Below, in pieces: positions 46,830 to 56,763 of a stretch of 64,000 nt of DNA (position 1 is the stretch's first letter; every line of letters starts with the position of its first letter). Origin of the DNA: Eubacteriales bacterium (GTDB lineage Bacteria > Bacillota > Clostridia > Oscillospirales > CAG-272); NCBI GenBank assembly GCA_045576195.1, contig JAZNFZ010000071.1, positions 4,479 through 68,478 of the forward strand, in the 5' to 3' direction. The notes below the pieces were generated by a model. It was not told where the DNA came from. It worked only from the letters and a program-made list of their open reading frames with translations, and did no database searches. A program made the translations under genes and the position numbers.

Positions 46830-46850
46830 CCGATCGGAAGGAGAATGAGG

Positions 46851-47507
46851 ATGGAAAGCTATAAGAGAGAGTTTATTGAGTTCCTGCAGAGCGCAGGCGT
46901 GCTGAAGTTTGGAGATTTTACCGCAAAGTCGGGTCGCAAGATCCCGTATTTCATCAATGCGGGTATGATCAAGACAGGTGACGATATCGCCAAACTCGGT
47001 GAATTTTATGCAAAGGCTTATTTTGAAAAGCTCGGCGCCAAAAAGGCAGTTTTATACGGTCCTGCATATAAGGGCATCTCGCTTGCCGTTTCTGCGGCAG
47101 TCGCGCTTTCAAAAAATGACCTTAATATTCCGTTCTTTTTCAACCGTAAGGAGGTAAAGGATCACGGCGAGGGCGGTGTGTTTGTCGGTTATGTACCCAC
47201 GGCAGGTGAGGAGATCGTCATCATTGAGGATGTGATCACCGCAGGCACAGCGATCCGTGAGAGCATGGAGATTCTTTCCCACCTTGAGGGCACAAAGGTG
47301 GCCGCTACTTTTATTATGGTAGACCGTAAGGAAAAGGGGCAGACCGACAAGGGTGCCATGCAGGAGATCGAGGAGCAGTTTGGTTTTCCTGTGTACTCTA
47401 TCGTCGATGTGTATGACATCATCGAGTATTTAGAGGAAGACCCCACAAACGCAGAAAATGTCACGCGGATTAAGAACTATCTTGCGATCAACGGCGCGAA
47501 GAACTGA
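46851..47507 (+). CDS. pyrE: orotate phosphoribosyltransferase
   Basis: PRPP-binding VIIEDVITAGTA. ATG at 46851 lies 7 nt after GGAAGGAG. Confidence 0.93.
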   Translation: MESYKREFIEFLQSAGVLKFGDFTAKSGRKIPYFINAGMIKTGDDIAKLGEFYAKAYFEKLGAKKAVLYGPAYKGISLAVSAAVALSKNDLNIPFFFNRKEVKDHGEGGVFVGYVPTAGEEIVIIEDVITAGTAIRESMEILSHLEGTKVAATFIMVDRKEKGQTDKGAMQEIEEQFGFPVYSIVDVYDIIEYLEEDPTNAENVTRIKNYLAINGAKN

Positions 47508-47537
47508 TTTTTATAAAAGAGAGAGGATAAAAGGGAA

Positions 47538-48632
47538 ATGAGAAGCGTAATTGACATTCTTGATCTTTCGGTAGCCGAAATAAATGAGCTTTTGGAAACG
47601 GCAAACGATATGATTGCCAATCCCCAAAAATATGCCGAGGTTTGTCGCGGCAAAAAGCTCGCCACGCTTTTCTTTGAGCCCTCCACCCGTACAAGACTCA
47701 GCTTTGAGGCCGCCATGTACGAGCTTGGTGGCAATGTGATCGGCTTTTCCGAGGCCTCCAGCACCTCTGCCTCCAAGGGAGAGAGCATTGCTGATACTGT
47801 GCGCGTGATCAGCTGCTATGCGGATATTATTGCGATGCGCCATCCCAAGGAAGGCGCTCCGCTGGTGGCTGCCAGAAATGCCAGCATCCCCGTGATCAAC
47901 GCGGGTGACGGCGGGCATTTTCATCCCACCCAGACCCTCACCGATCTTTTGACCATCAAAAGAGAAAAGGGCCGTCTTGATCATCTGACCATCGGCTTTT
48001 GCGGTGACCTGAAGTTTGGCAGGACCGTGCATTCCCTGATCGCCGCGCTTTCCCGTTATACCGGCATCCGCATCGTGCTGATCTCGCCTGAGGAGCTGAG
48101 GCTGCCGGGATACGTGATGCACGGCGTGGTGGAGGAAAACAAGATGGAATATGTGGAGACCTCCGATCTTGAGTCGGTGATGCCCACGCTTGACATCTTG
48201 TATATGACGCGAGTGCAGCAGGAGCGCTTTGCCAGCGTGGAGGACTACCTTCGTCTGCGCGACAGCTATATTCTCACCCCCGAGAAGCTGACTCTTGCCA
48301 AGAGTGATCTTTGCATTCTGCATCCGCTGCCCCGTGTCAATGAGATCAGCGTAAAGGTAGACAATGATCCTCGCGCCTGCTACTTCAAGCAGGTGAAAAA
48401 CGGGAAATATATCCGTATGGCGCTGATCCTGAAGCTTCTCCGCGAGGCGGAGCAGGAGCATAGAGCCGCAGAGCCCGAGGGAGAGTTGATCGTCAATCAG
48501 CTGCATTGCAGCAATCCCAGATGCATCACCACCACCGAGCAGGAGCTGGACCAGATCTTCCGTGTGGTGGATCGCGAGCATAAGATCTGCCGTTGCATCT
48601 ATTGTGAAAGCAAGACCGCGCTCCCTGATTAA
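47538..48632 (+). CDS. pyrB: aspartate carbamoyltransferase catalytic chain fused to a PyrI-type zinc domain
   Basis: STRTR, HPTQ and HPLPR motifs, then a linker, then C-terminal CSNPRCI...24 aa...CRCIYCE matching the CxxxxC...CxxC zinc domain of the regulatory chain. Confidence 0.9.
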   Translation: MRSVIDILDLSVAEINELLETANDMIANPQKYAEVCRGKKLATLFFEPSTRTRLSFEAAMYELGGNVIGFSEASSTSASKGESIADTVRVISCYADIIAMRHPKEGAPLVAARNASIPVINAGDGGHFHPTQTLTDLLTIKREKGRLDHLTIGFCGDLKFGRTVHSLIAALSRYTGIRIVLISPEELRLPGYVMHGVVEENKMEYVETSDLESVMPTLDILYMTRVQQERFASVEDYLRLRDSYILTPEKLTLAKSDLCILHPLPRVNEISVKVDNDPRACYFKQVKNGKYIRMALILKLLREAEQEHRAAEPEGELIVNQLHCSNPRCITTTEQELDQIFRVVDREHKICRCIYCESKTALPD

Positions 48633-48640
48633 AAAGTGTT

Positions 48641-48677
48641 AAAAAAACTCCTTGCCGCGCGGCAAGGAGTTTTTTTA
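48641..48677. terminator. bidirectional rho-independent terminator
   Basis: A7 run, 11-bp stem ACTCCTTGCCG/CGGCAAGGAGT, T7 run. Lies between convergent genes. Confidence 0.85.
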
Positions 48678-49172
48678 TTCAAGCAGGGAGGCAAGCGCTC
48701 TGCCTGCGCTTTCGGCTTGCCTTGCTTCCATCGCAAAATAATACACGAGACTCCCGTTTTTTGCAACGGTCGCGTTCTTGAATTGGTCGATCTCACGGGC
48801 AAGGCTCTCCTCGGGATAGAGAGCCATCAAAGCCTCTCTTGACTCGATCTCGCGGGCAAGATAAGCTCTGAGTTCATTTAAAAAGGCAGAGGCTTTACCC
48901 TCATTCTCCAGTAAAAAAACGCCAAATTCGGCACATCCTCTCTCGGCATCGGCAAAATAGATACACGCTCCGTCCCTTTTGAGGGGAGTTCCAAAATTGC
49001 TTTCCATATAATCCTGATCTGCCCTTGTAAAATCCGCATCCTCGCCCACAGCATGCCGAATAGCCGTTGCGGCCTCCTCACAGGAAAAGGTGGAGGGGCC
49101 TTTTTCTTTGTTGCAGGAGGGAAAAGAAAAAAGGAGCAGAAAAAGCAGGGTAAATGCAATATATTTTTTCAA
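48675..49172 (-). CDS. putative lipoprotein, function unknown
   Basis: 165 aa. Signal peptide with a lipobox FPSC. Confidence 0.6.
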   Translation of the reverse strand: MKKYIAFTLLFLLLFSFPSCNKEKGPSTFSCEEAATAIRHAVGEDADFTRADQDYMESNFGTPLKRDGACIYFADAERGCAEFGVFLLENEGKASAFLNELRAYLAREIESREALMALYPEESLAREIDQFKNATVAKNGSLVYYFAMEARQAESAGRALASLLE

Positions 49173-49882
49173 GTGTTTGCCTCCTTAATGGCAGATTCCA
49201 GCGAGCTGATATGGCTGAAAATCTTTTCGTATGCCGTCCTTGTCAGGTGTATGCCATCCTCGCTGAAGCAGAACTGCGGGCAGAGGTAACCACTTTCATC
49301 CCGAAGAATACGGTTGCTATCCAGATAAAAAAGCCCGCGGGATGCGGCAATACTGCGGATCTCACTGTTGGCGGCATCCACCATTTCATTGGTGATCACC
49401 GTGCAGCACCTTGCTACGGGAAAGATGGATTGCAGGATCAGCTGGGTATTCGGCGAGGCGGACGTTATCTCGTTTAGCAGCTTTTCGTAATAAAAACGGA
49501 AGGTGGCGAGATCGTTACGGTAATAATAAACGCCGTAGTCTATGCCGAGCGTGATGACAAGATAATGCGGCTTTACTCGCGCAGCCGCCTCGGCAATCGT
49601 CATCTCTTCGCTAAAATCGGGGCAGATGATTTTCGTGTAGGTGATTTTGGAGTCGAGATTTAAATAGCGGCTGGCGGTTGCCCACACCTGCCTTGAATGC
49701 TCACCGTCCCGCAGAGGGGCGCGCTTGAGCATATGCGCGGTAGTGGAATCACCAAGGAAGGTGAGAGAATCAATAAAGCTCCGATCTTGCTCCTCACTGC
49801 GGGCGCTTGCCCCGGAGCACGCGGCGAGAAAGGTAAGGGAGAGAATGAGTAGTATACATAAAAAAATACGGTTGATCTGCAT
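49169..49882 (-). CDS. SGNH/GDSL-family hydrolase lipoprotein
   Basis: Lipobox LAAC. Block I FLGDSTT and block V EDGIHLT motifs. Confidence 0.7.
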   Translation of the reverse strand: MQINRIFLCILLILSLTFLAACSGASARSEEQDRSFIDSLTFLGDSTTAHMLKRAPLRDGEHSRQVWATASRYLNLDSKITYTKIICPDFSEEMTIAEAAARVKPHYLVITLGIDYGVYYYRNDLATFRFYYEKLLNEITSASPNTQLILQSIFPVARCCTVITNEMVDAANSEIRSIAASRGLFYLDSNRILRDESGYLCPQFCFSEDGIHLTRTAYEKIFSHISSLESAIKEANT

Positions 49883-49920
49883 GGAATACCTCCTTGCGGC
49901 TTCAACCGTATTTTTTCCGT

Positions 49921-50349
49921 TTATTTGTTTTTATATACGCCATTGTATTCCGATTCATCGCGCTGAACGCGTTTGATGCGCGCCTTGAAGACGAGAACTG
50001 CCCCCATGATGATGGCGTAGAGAATAGTCAGAGCCAAAAACAGGATCAATCCTTGCGAGCCTGCGGCGGCGGGATCACGGCCGGGCAAGTAAAGAAAGAT
50101 CCAAGCACCGCCGACCGTGAGAAGAAAATGAAGCAGCACGCGCATTCCGGGGCCGATGGGGGCGTGGCCGAAGATCACATTGGCGGTGGCAAAGCAAATG
50201 GCAAAGGGAAGAATAAAGATCAGCGAGCGGGGCTGGACACCGCGGCTCAGATCGGAATTGAGCGCCCAGTATAAAAACAAAATGAGAAAGGTGGCCGCCG
50301 TATAGTAGATGCAGGCGGCGGTAACGATTTTTTTAATGTATTTTTTCAT
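49921..50349 (-). CDS. small four-TM membrane protein, function unknown
   Basis: 142-aa ORF with four hydrophobic segments and a basic C-terminal tail. Confidence 0.55.
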   Translation of the reverse strand: MKKYIKKIVTAACIYYTAATFLILFLYWALNSDLSRGVQPRSLIFILPFAICFATANVIFGHAPIGPGMRVLLHFLLTVGGAWIFLYLPGRDPAAAGSQGLILFLALTILYAIIMGAVLVFKARIKRVQRDESEYNGVYKNK

Positions 50350-50520
50350 AGCAGGGAGATCCTTTTTTATAAGATAGCATTATTTTAGCATAACAAGGGC
50401 AAAAAGGCAAGGCTTTTTCCAAAATTAGTGGTACCGTGGGACGATTTCATTGACAGTGGAGATAAAAAGATGTATAATAGTATGGATAGAAGCCCGATCA
50501 CAAAGAAAGGAATCGATGTG

Positions 50521-53043
50521 ATGAAAAAGTTATTGGCTGTTGACGGAAACAGTATTGTAAACCGCGCATTTTACGGCGTGCGCCCCCTCTCAAACCGCGA
50601 GGGGCTTCCCACCAATGCGCTGTTTGGTATGGTAAATATCTTAGAAAAGAACAAAGAGGCGGTAAAGCCTGATTTTTGTGCCATTGCCTTTGACCTGAAG
50701 GCGCCTACCTTTCGCCACGAAATGTACCGCGCCTACAAGGACGGAAGACGCCCCACTCCCGAGGATCTGCTGGTGCAGATGCCACTTGCCAAGGAGATTG
50801 CGGCTGCTATGGGCTTTATCTGCCTTGAAAAGGAGGGCTATGAGGCGGATGACATCCTCGGCACGCTGGCAGCGCTTGCCGAGGGCGAGGAGGTGGAGGC
50901 CTATATCCTTACGGGTGACCGCGATGCGCTACAGTTGATTTCGGATCGGGTGCATGTTCTTCTTGCCACTAATACCGATACGGTCGATTTTAGCAGAGCT
51001 GCTTTTTTTGACAAATACGGCGTGATGCCGGAGCAATTTGTGGATGTAAAGGCGCTGATGGGGGATAGCTCCGATAATATCCCCGGTGTGGCGGGTGTTG
51101 GCGAAAAAACAGCACTGAAGCTGATTGCAGAGCACGGCTCGCTTGATGCGCTTTACCAAAATCTTCCCACGGGTGAGTTTACCCCCTCTCTGCGCGGCAA
51201 GCTGGAGGCGGGCAGAGAGAGCGCTGCGCTTTCTAAAAAGCTGGCCACCATCTGCCGCAAGGTACCTTTGGAAATTTCCTTGACCGATCTTCATTTCGTC
51301 GGTTATCACAGGGAAGAGCTGCTTCGACTGTTTACCGAGTTCGAGTTTCATTCTTTCATCAAGCGGTTTGAGCTTGATACGGATATTACAGGAGTGGATG
51401 CAATAAGCGAGGAGCCACTTTCTAAGGCAGAGTCGCTTGATCCTTCGACCGCGGCCACCTTTGGCCCCTTGTTTGCCTTTGATGTGGTGGATGGCACGGG
51501 TTATGCCTTTGACGGCAAGACATTGCGCGCGACGGCAGATAAAGAAACGCTGGAGGCTCTGCTTTGCCGCAAGGAGGCGGTTGTTATTTGCCATGATGCC
51601 AAGGGTGTATACCAGTCCCTTGAGGCGCTCCTTGTCCATTGGCGCGGTTGCGCGTTTGACACGATGCTGGCAGCGTATGTGCTGGATCCCTCCAAGGGGA
51701 AATATGAGCTGGATCGTCTGCTGCTTGACTACTGCAGCGCATCTCTCCCTGCCGCTCCCTCCCATCTTCCGCGCATTTTGCAGCTGAAGGAAGTGCTTGC
51801 AGAAAGGATCGAGACCGAGGGAGCAGGGAAGCTATTATATGAGATCGAAATGCCGCTTTGTGCGGTGCTGGCCGATATGGAGTTGGTCGGCTTTCGTGTG
51901 GACCGTGAGGGGCTTTCCGCCTATGGCGCGCAGCTCTCGTCTATGGCGGCAGAGTTATCGGAGCGCATTTACTACCACGCGGGCGGCGAATTTAACATCA
52001 ATTCGCCAAAGCAGCTGGGCGAGGTGCTTTTCGAGCACCTTGGTCTGCCTCACGGAAAGAAGACTAAAACCGGTTATTCCACCAATGCGGATGTTCTTGA
52101 AAAGCTGCGCCCCTATCATCCCATTATCGAGGATATATTGGATTACAGACAGGTGACCAAGCTGAACAGCACCTATGCAGAGGGGCTGCTCAAGCAGATT
52201 GCCGAGGATGGCAGAATTCATACCGTCTTTAAGCAAACGGGAACAGCAACGGGAAGGCTCTCCTCTGCAGAGCCAAATTTGCAAAATATCCCGATCAGAA
52301 CACCAATGGGACGTGAATTAAGACGGTATTTTATCCCAGAAAAGAACAATTATTTGCTAATTGATGCAGACTACTCACAAATCGAGCTGAGGCTGCTTGC
52401 GGCCCTTGCAGAGGACGAAACTATGCTTTCCGCCTTTGCCACGGGCTCGGATATTCATGCCTTAACGGCGGCTACCGTCTTCCGTGTTCCCATTGAGGCG
52501 GTCACCCCCGAGCTTCGCAAGCGCGCCAAGGCTGTTAATTTCGGCATTCTTTACGGAATGGGTGCCCATAGCCTTTCTGAGGATCTGCACATTGGCATCG
52601 GGCAGGCAAGAGAGTATATCGAGCAGTATTTTGCGGCCTATCCGCGCATTGATGCTTACCTCAAGAATGTGATCCGCGAGGCCTATGAAAAGGGCTATGT
52701 CACCACACTGTTCGGCCGTCGCCGCTATATCCCCGAGCTGAAGATGAAAAACAAGAATATGCAGCATTTCGGCGAGCGCGTTGCGATGAACAGCCCGATA
52801 CAGGGAACGGCTGCCGATATCATTAAGATCGCCATGATCCGCGTGGACCGTCGTTTGAAGCAGGAGGGCCTCGATGCAAGGCTGGTGCTTCAGGTTCACG
52901 ACGAGCTGATCGTGGAGGCCTCCATGGAGGATGCCGATGCGGCGCAGCAGATCCTGATCTATGAAATGGAGCACGCGGCAGATCTGTGCGTGGCTTTGAA
53001 GGTAGGCGGTACAAAGGGAGAAAATTGGTATGACAGTCACTAA
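50521..53043 (+). CDS. polA: DNA polymerase I
   Basis: 5' nuclease N-terminus (LLAVDGNSIVNRAFYG). Polymerase motifs DYSQIELR and QVHDE. ATG at 50521 chosen over the upstream track start. Confidence 0.95.
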   Translation: MKKLLAVDGNSIVNRAFYGVRPLSNREGLPTNALFGMVNILEKNKEAVKPDFCAIAFDLKAPTFRHEMYRAYKDGRRPTPEDLLVQMPLAKEIAAAMGFICLEKEGYEADDILGTLAALAEGEEVEAYILTGDRDALQLISDRVHVLLATNTDTVDFSRAAFFDKYGVMPEQFVDVKALMGDSSDNIPGVAGVGEKTALKLIAEHGSLDALYQNLPTGEFTPSLRGKLEAGRESAALSKKLATICRKVPLEISLTDLHFVGYHREELLRLFTEFEFHSFIKRFELDTDITGVDAISEEPLSKAESLDPSTAATFGPLFAFDVVDGTGYAFDGKTLRATADKETLEALLCRKEAVVICHDAKGVYQSLEALLVHWRGCAFDTMLAAYVLDPSKGKYELDRLLLDYCSASLPAAPSHLPRILQLKEVLAERIETEGAGKLLYEIEMPLCAVLADMELVGFRVDREGLSAYGAQLSSMAAELSERIYYHAGGEFNINSPKQLGEVLFEHLGLPHGKKTKTGYSTNADVLEKLRPYHPIIEDILDYRQVTKLNSTYAEGLLKQIAEDGRIHTVFKQTGTATGRLSSAEPNLQNIPIRTPMGRELRRYFIPEKNNYLLIDADYSQIELRLLAALAEDETMLSAFATGSDIHALTAATVFRVPIEAVTPELRKRAKAVNFGILYGMGAHSLSEDLHIGIGQAREYIEQYFAAYPRIDAYLKNVIREAYEKGYVTTLFGRRRYIPELKMKNKNMQHFGERVAMNSPIQGTAADIIKIAMIRVDRRLKQEGLDARLVLQVHDELIVEASMEDADAAQQILIYEMEHAADLCVALKVGGTKGENWYDSH

Positions 53044-54472
53044 AAAAAGAGCAAGCGGGGTGCTGATGCCGATCTTTTCGCTGCACGGGAGCTATTCCTG
53101 CGGTGCTTTTGGCAAGGCCGCCCTTGAATTTGTGGATTTTCTTGCCGATAGCGGCTTTTCCTATTGGCAGGTGCTTCCGTTTTCCATTCCCGACGAGCAC
53201 GGGTCGCCGTATAAGTCTGATTCGGCCTTTGCGGGCGATCCGCGCCTGATCGACCTTGAGGTGCTTGCGGCAGAAGGACTTTTGACCGAGGAGGAGCTGC
53301 AAGGGGCGCTGCAAGCGGTGCCGTTTACGGTGGAAACCGACCGTATGGCGGCAAGAGAGGCGCTGCTTCGCCGTGCGGCGACAAGAGTCGAAAATAAGAA
53401 AGATATTCTCGACTTTATCGAAGGTCACCCGCAGCTTGACAATGCTTGCCGTTTTCTTGCCTTGAAGAAGGCCAACGGCGGTCTTGCCTGGCAGGAATGG
53501 AAAACTGCCGATTGGTGTGAGGAGGATTATTTTTATTACGCCTTCGCCCAATATCATTTTCTTCGGCAGTGGCAGGCGGTAAAGACCTATGCCAACGGGC
53601 GGGGAATTTCGATCATCGGCGATCTGCCCATCTATGTGGCAGAGGACAGTGCGGATGTCTGGAGCGCTCCCGACTGCTTTTTGCTGGATAAAAAGGGGTA
53701 TCCTAAGGAGGTGGCAGGCGTTCCGCCCGATTACTTCTGCAGCGACGGACAAATGTGGGGGAATCCGCTTTATGACTGGTCGAAAATGAAAAAGGATGGA
53801 TTTTCCTGGTGGCGTGACCGTATGAGGCACATACTCACGCTTTTTGACGGCGTGCGGATTGACCATTTTCGCGGTCTTTCCGCCTATTGGAGCATTCCCG
53901 CAAGCGCTGCTACCGCCAAGGAGGGAGCCTGGAAAAAAGGCCCCGGAATGGCCTTTGTGAGGGCAATGAAGGAGGTGGCAGGTGATAAGCTGATCATTGC
54001 AGAGGACCTGGGGGAGATCACTGAGGATGTGATAGCGCTGCGCGAGAAAAGCGGCTTTCCCGGTATGCGGGTCTTCCAGTTTGCCTTTCTCGGCGACCCT
54101 GATTCCATCCATCTGCCGCACCATTATCCCGCAAATTGTGTGGCCTATACGGGCACCCACGACAACAACACGCTTTTGGGGTATGTATGGGAGCAGGATG
54201 CGGCAAGCCGTGAGCGGATGCTGCAATACTGTCATCACGAAAGCCCCGATTGGGATGCTTGCTATGAGGCGATCCTAAAGACTATGCTGCAAAGCCATGC
54301 GGGTCTTGTGATATTTCCCATCCAGGATCTGCTCGGCTTCGGCTCGGATACGCGCTTTAACACCCCAGGCAGAACCGAAAATAACTGGTGCTTCCGCGTG
54401 ACAAGAGAGCAGCTGCTGTCTCTTGACCGTGCAAGGCTGCTGGCTCTCAATCGGCTTTACGGCAGAGCGTAA
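53030..54472 (+). CDS. malQ: 4-alpha-glucanotransferase (GH77 amylomaltase)
   Basis: GVLMPIFSL N-terminus and the DHFRG and EDLG motifs. Overlaps the polA stop. Confidence 0.9.
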   Translation: MTVTKKRASGVLMPIFSLHGSYSCGAFGKAALEFVDFLADSGFSYWQVLPFSIPDEHGSPYKSDSAFAGDPRLIDLEVLAAEGLLTEEELQGALQAVPFTVETDRMAAREALLRRAATRVENKKDILDFIEGHPQLDNACRFLALKKANGGLAWQEWKTADWCEEDYFYYAFAQYHFLRQWQAVKTYANGRGISIIGDLPIYVAEDSADVWSAPDCFLLDKKGYPKEVAGVPPDYFCSDGQMWGNPLYDWSKMKKDGFSWWRDRMRHILTLFDGVRIDHFRGLSAYWSIPASAATAKEGAWKKGPGMAFVRAMKEVAGDKLIIAEDLGEITEDVIALREKSGFPGMRVFQFAFLGDPDSIHLPHHYPANCVAYTGTHDNNTLLGYVWEQDAASRERMLQYCHHESPDWDACYEAILKTMLQSHAGLVIFPIQDLLGFGSDTRFNTPGRTENNWCFRVTREQLLSLDRARLLALNRLYGRA

Positions 54473-54483
54473 GACAAAGGAAG

Positions 54484-54517
54484 AAAGCCCTGTGCTATTG
54501 GCACAGGGCTTTTTTTA
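54484..54517. terminator. bidirectional rho-independent terminator
   Basis: AGCCCTGTGC/GCACAGGGCT stem flanked by an A-run and a T7 run. Lies between convergent malQ and radA. Confidence 0.85.
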
Positions 54518-55906
54518 TGCTTTTTCGGGGGGAGAGAGCAGGTTTAAAACCTCATAAATGCTATTGATGGGCAAAAGCTCGATCTCCGCCTTCAGCTGGC
54601 GCTTTTCCAGGTTTCTTGCGGGAATGACCGCACGCTTGAAGCCGAGTCGTGCCGCCTCCTTGATGCGATATTCCAATCCCGATACCGCGCGGCACTCACC
54701 CGAGAGGCCAAGCTCGCCGATGGCAATGAGATCGTCGGGAACAGCGCGATCGGTAAGGGAGGAGATCAGCGCCATGGCAACCGCCATATCCGAGGCGGGC
54801 TCGTCAAGTCGCAGACCGCCGATGACGTTTACGTAAACATCGTTGGCGGAAAATCGCAGGAAAAGTCTTTTTTCAAGAACGGCAAGCAGCAGACAGACGC
54901 GGTTGTAGTCAATGCCGTTGGAGTTGCGGCGCGGCGCGGGGAAGGTGGTGGGGGATACCAGCGCCTGGATCTCCGCGATCAGCGGCCGTGTGCCCTCCAT
55001 CGTACACACCGCGCAGTTTCCCGGTGTGTGCTTGGGGCGACCCGCAAGCAGCATTTCGGAGGGGTTGGAGACCTCGGCAAGACCCTGATCGGTCATTTCA
55101 AACACGCCGATCTCATTGGTGGAGCCATAGCGGTTTTTGATGGCACGGATGATGCGGTAGGTCTGCTGTCGCTCGCCCTCAAAGTAGAGAACGGCATCCA
55201 CCATATGCTCCAGCAGCTTCGGGCCCGCAATAGAGCCTTCTTTGTTAACGTGACCTACCAGAATTACCGAAATATTATCCGATTTCGCCTTGTTGATCAG
55301 TGCCAACGCGGTCTCTCTGACCTGCGCGATGGCACCGGGAGTTGAGCCTACCTTGTCGCTGAAGACGGTCTGGATCGAGTCGACGATCACCACGTCGGGA
55401 TGAATTCGGTCAATTTCCAGGAGAATGCGCTCCACATTGGTTTCCGTGAGAATGGAAAGATTTTTTCCAAGCACACCAAGGCGGCCTGCGCGCAGCTTCA
55501 GCTGCCCCTCCGATTCCTCGCCCGATACATAAAGCACCCTTCTGTTGGTGCCGAGAATATCGGAGATCTGCATCAGAAGCGTGGATTTGCCGATGCCGGG
55601 CTCGCCTGCCAGCAGCACGACCGATCCCAGAACAAGCCCCCCACCCAGCACACGATCCAATTCAAAGAGACCCGTTGCGGTGCGGATATAGGAGGGCATT
55701 TCCAGCTCCTCAAAGGGAATGGCACGATTTTCTCCCTGGCGGAAGTTCAGCGTGTGACGTGCGGTGCGTGCCGCATCACTCTTGCTTTCCTCTGCGATCA
55801 CGTCCTCCTCAAAGCTGTTCCAGGCACCGCACCCCGGGCATTTGCCCATCCATTTGGGGGAGCGATAGGTACATTCCGAGCAAATATAAACACTTTTCAG
55901 TTTCAT
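54515..55906 (-). CDS. radA: DNA repair protein RadA/Sms
   Basis: N-terminal zinc finger CSECTY...CPGC, Walker A GEPGIGKST, KNRYGS motif, and a Lon-like C-terminus. Confidence 0.95.
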   Translation of the reverse strand: MKLKSVYICSECTYRSPKWMGKCPGCGAWNSFEEDVIAEESKSDAARTARHTLNFRQGENRAIPFEELEMPSYIRTATGLFELDRVLGGGLVLGSVVLLAGEPGIGKSTLLMQISDILGTNRRVLYVSGEESEGQLKLRAGRLGVLGKNLSILTETNVERILLEIDRIHPDVVIVDSIQTVFSDKVGSTPGAIAQVRETALALINKAKSDNISVILVGHVNKEGSIAGPKLLEHMVDAVLYFEGERQQTYRIIRAIKNRYGSTNEIGVFEMTDQGLAEVSNPSEMLLAGRPKHTPGNCAVCTMEGTRPLIAEIQALVSPTTFPAPRRNSNGIDYNRVCLLLAVLEKRLFLRFSANDVYVNVIGGLRLDEPASDMAVAMALISSLTDRAVPDDLIAIGELGLSGECRAVSGLEYRIKEAARLGFKRAVIPARNLEKRQLKAEIELLPINSIYEVLNLLSPPEKA

Positions 55907-55964
55907 AAAAGCCCTCTTTCGTCTTTTTTTATCATTATACCACGAAAAAGGCTATTCCGCAAGA

Positions 55965-56669
55965 CTAAGTGTTTATTTTTGTAATGACCGATGAAAAAAC
56001 AGCAAGCGCAAGCTGCTTTTGATAAAGCGGATCGGAGAGTCGCTCACATTCCTCGGGCGAGGAAAGAAAACCGCATTCCACAAGAATGGCGGGGCAGGTG
56101 GCGTGTCGCAGCAGATAAATGGAGGAGGTAGCCGCCTTGACCTTGCGGTTGTTCCAGGGCTGCAGCATATTCCGCACACCGCCTTGCACCGCTGTGGCCC
56201 ATGCGGCGGAGTCGGCGTGCCCTTGTGAGTACCAGACCTGAAGCCCCCTGCAATCGGGGGTGGGAAAGGTATTCATATGGATGCTGATAAAAAGGCAGCT
56301 CTCGTACTTTTTCGTCACCGCAAGCCGTGCGGTGAGATCGGCTTGCTTCAGGTGATGCTTCTCGCCATTGCCCAGCATCACATCCTCTGTTCTGGTCTCC
56401 ACCACGGGATAGCCAAAGGAGATGAAAAGATCCGCCAGCGTGCGCGCCACGCTGAGATTGAGATCCTTTTCAAGAGCCCCGTTGGTGCCCGTAGCACCGC
56501 CATCCCTGCCGCCGTGCCCCGCATCGATCACGATCACATCAAAGGGAAGGGCTGCATTCGAGGCAGGCAGGGAAAGTGCCTCCTCGAATGTATCAAACAA
56601 AAAAGAAAAAAGAAGCAGCACGCAAAGCAGCAGGGCAGCAAAGGAAATTAAGATCATACCTTTTTTCAT
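55965..56669 (-). CDS. cwlD: N-acetylmuramoyl-L-alanine amidase, CwlD-like
   Basis: N-terminal TM, Amidase_3 motif VIDAGHGGRDGGA, and a size (~234 aa) typical of germination-specific CwlD. Confidence 0.7.
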   Translation of the reverse strand: MKKGMILISFAALLLCVLLLFSFLFDTFEEALSLPASNAALPFDVIVIDAGHGGRDGGATGTNGALEKDLNLSVARTLADLFISFGYPVVETRTEDVMLGNGEKHHLKQADLTARLAVTKKYESCLFISIHMNTFPTPDCRGLQVWYSQGHADSAAWATAVQGGVRNMLQPWNNRKVKAATSSIYLLRHATCPAILVECGFLSSPEECERLSDPLYQKQLALAVFSSVITKINT

Positions 56670-56711
56670 AGATTCACCTCTCTACAATATAGTGCCGACA
56701 AGGGGGGAATA

Positions 56712-56744
56712 TGAAAAAAGAAGGCCACCGCCGAAGCGGTGGCC
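56712..56744 (-). terminator. rho-independent terminator after the acp gene (minus strand)
   Basis: 9-bp stem GGCCACCGC/GCGGTGGCC with loop CGAA, followed on the minus strand by CTTCTTTTTT. Confidence 0.75.
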
Positions 56745-56763
56745 TGCTTTTATGGTTTTACAG

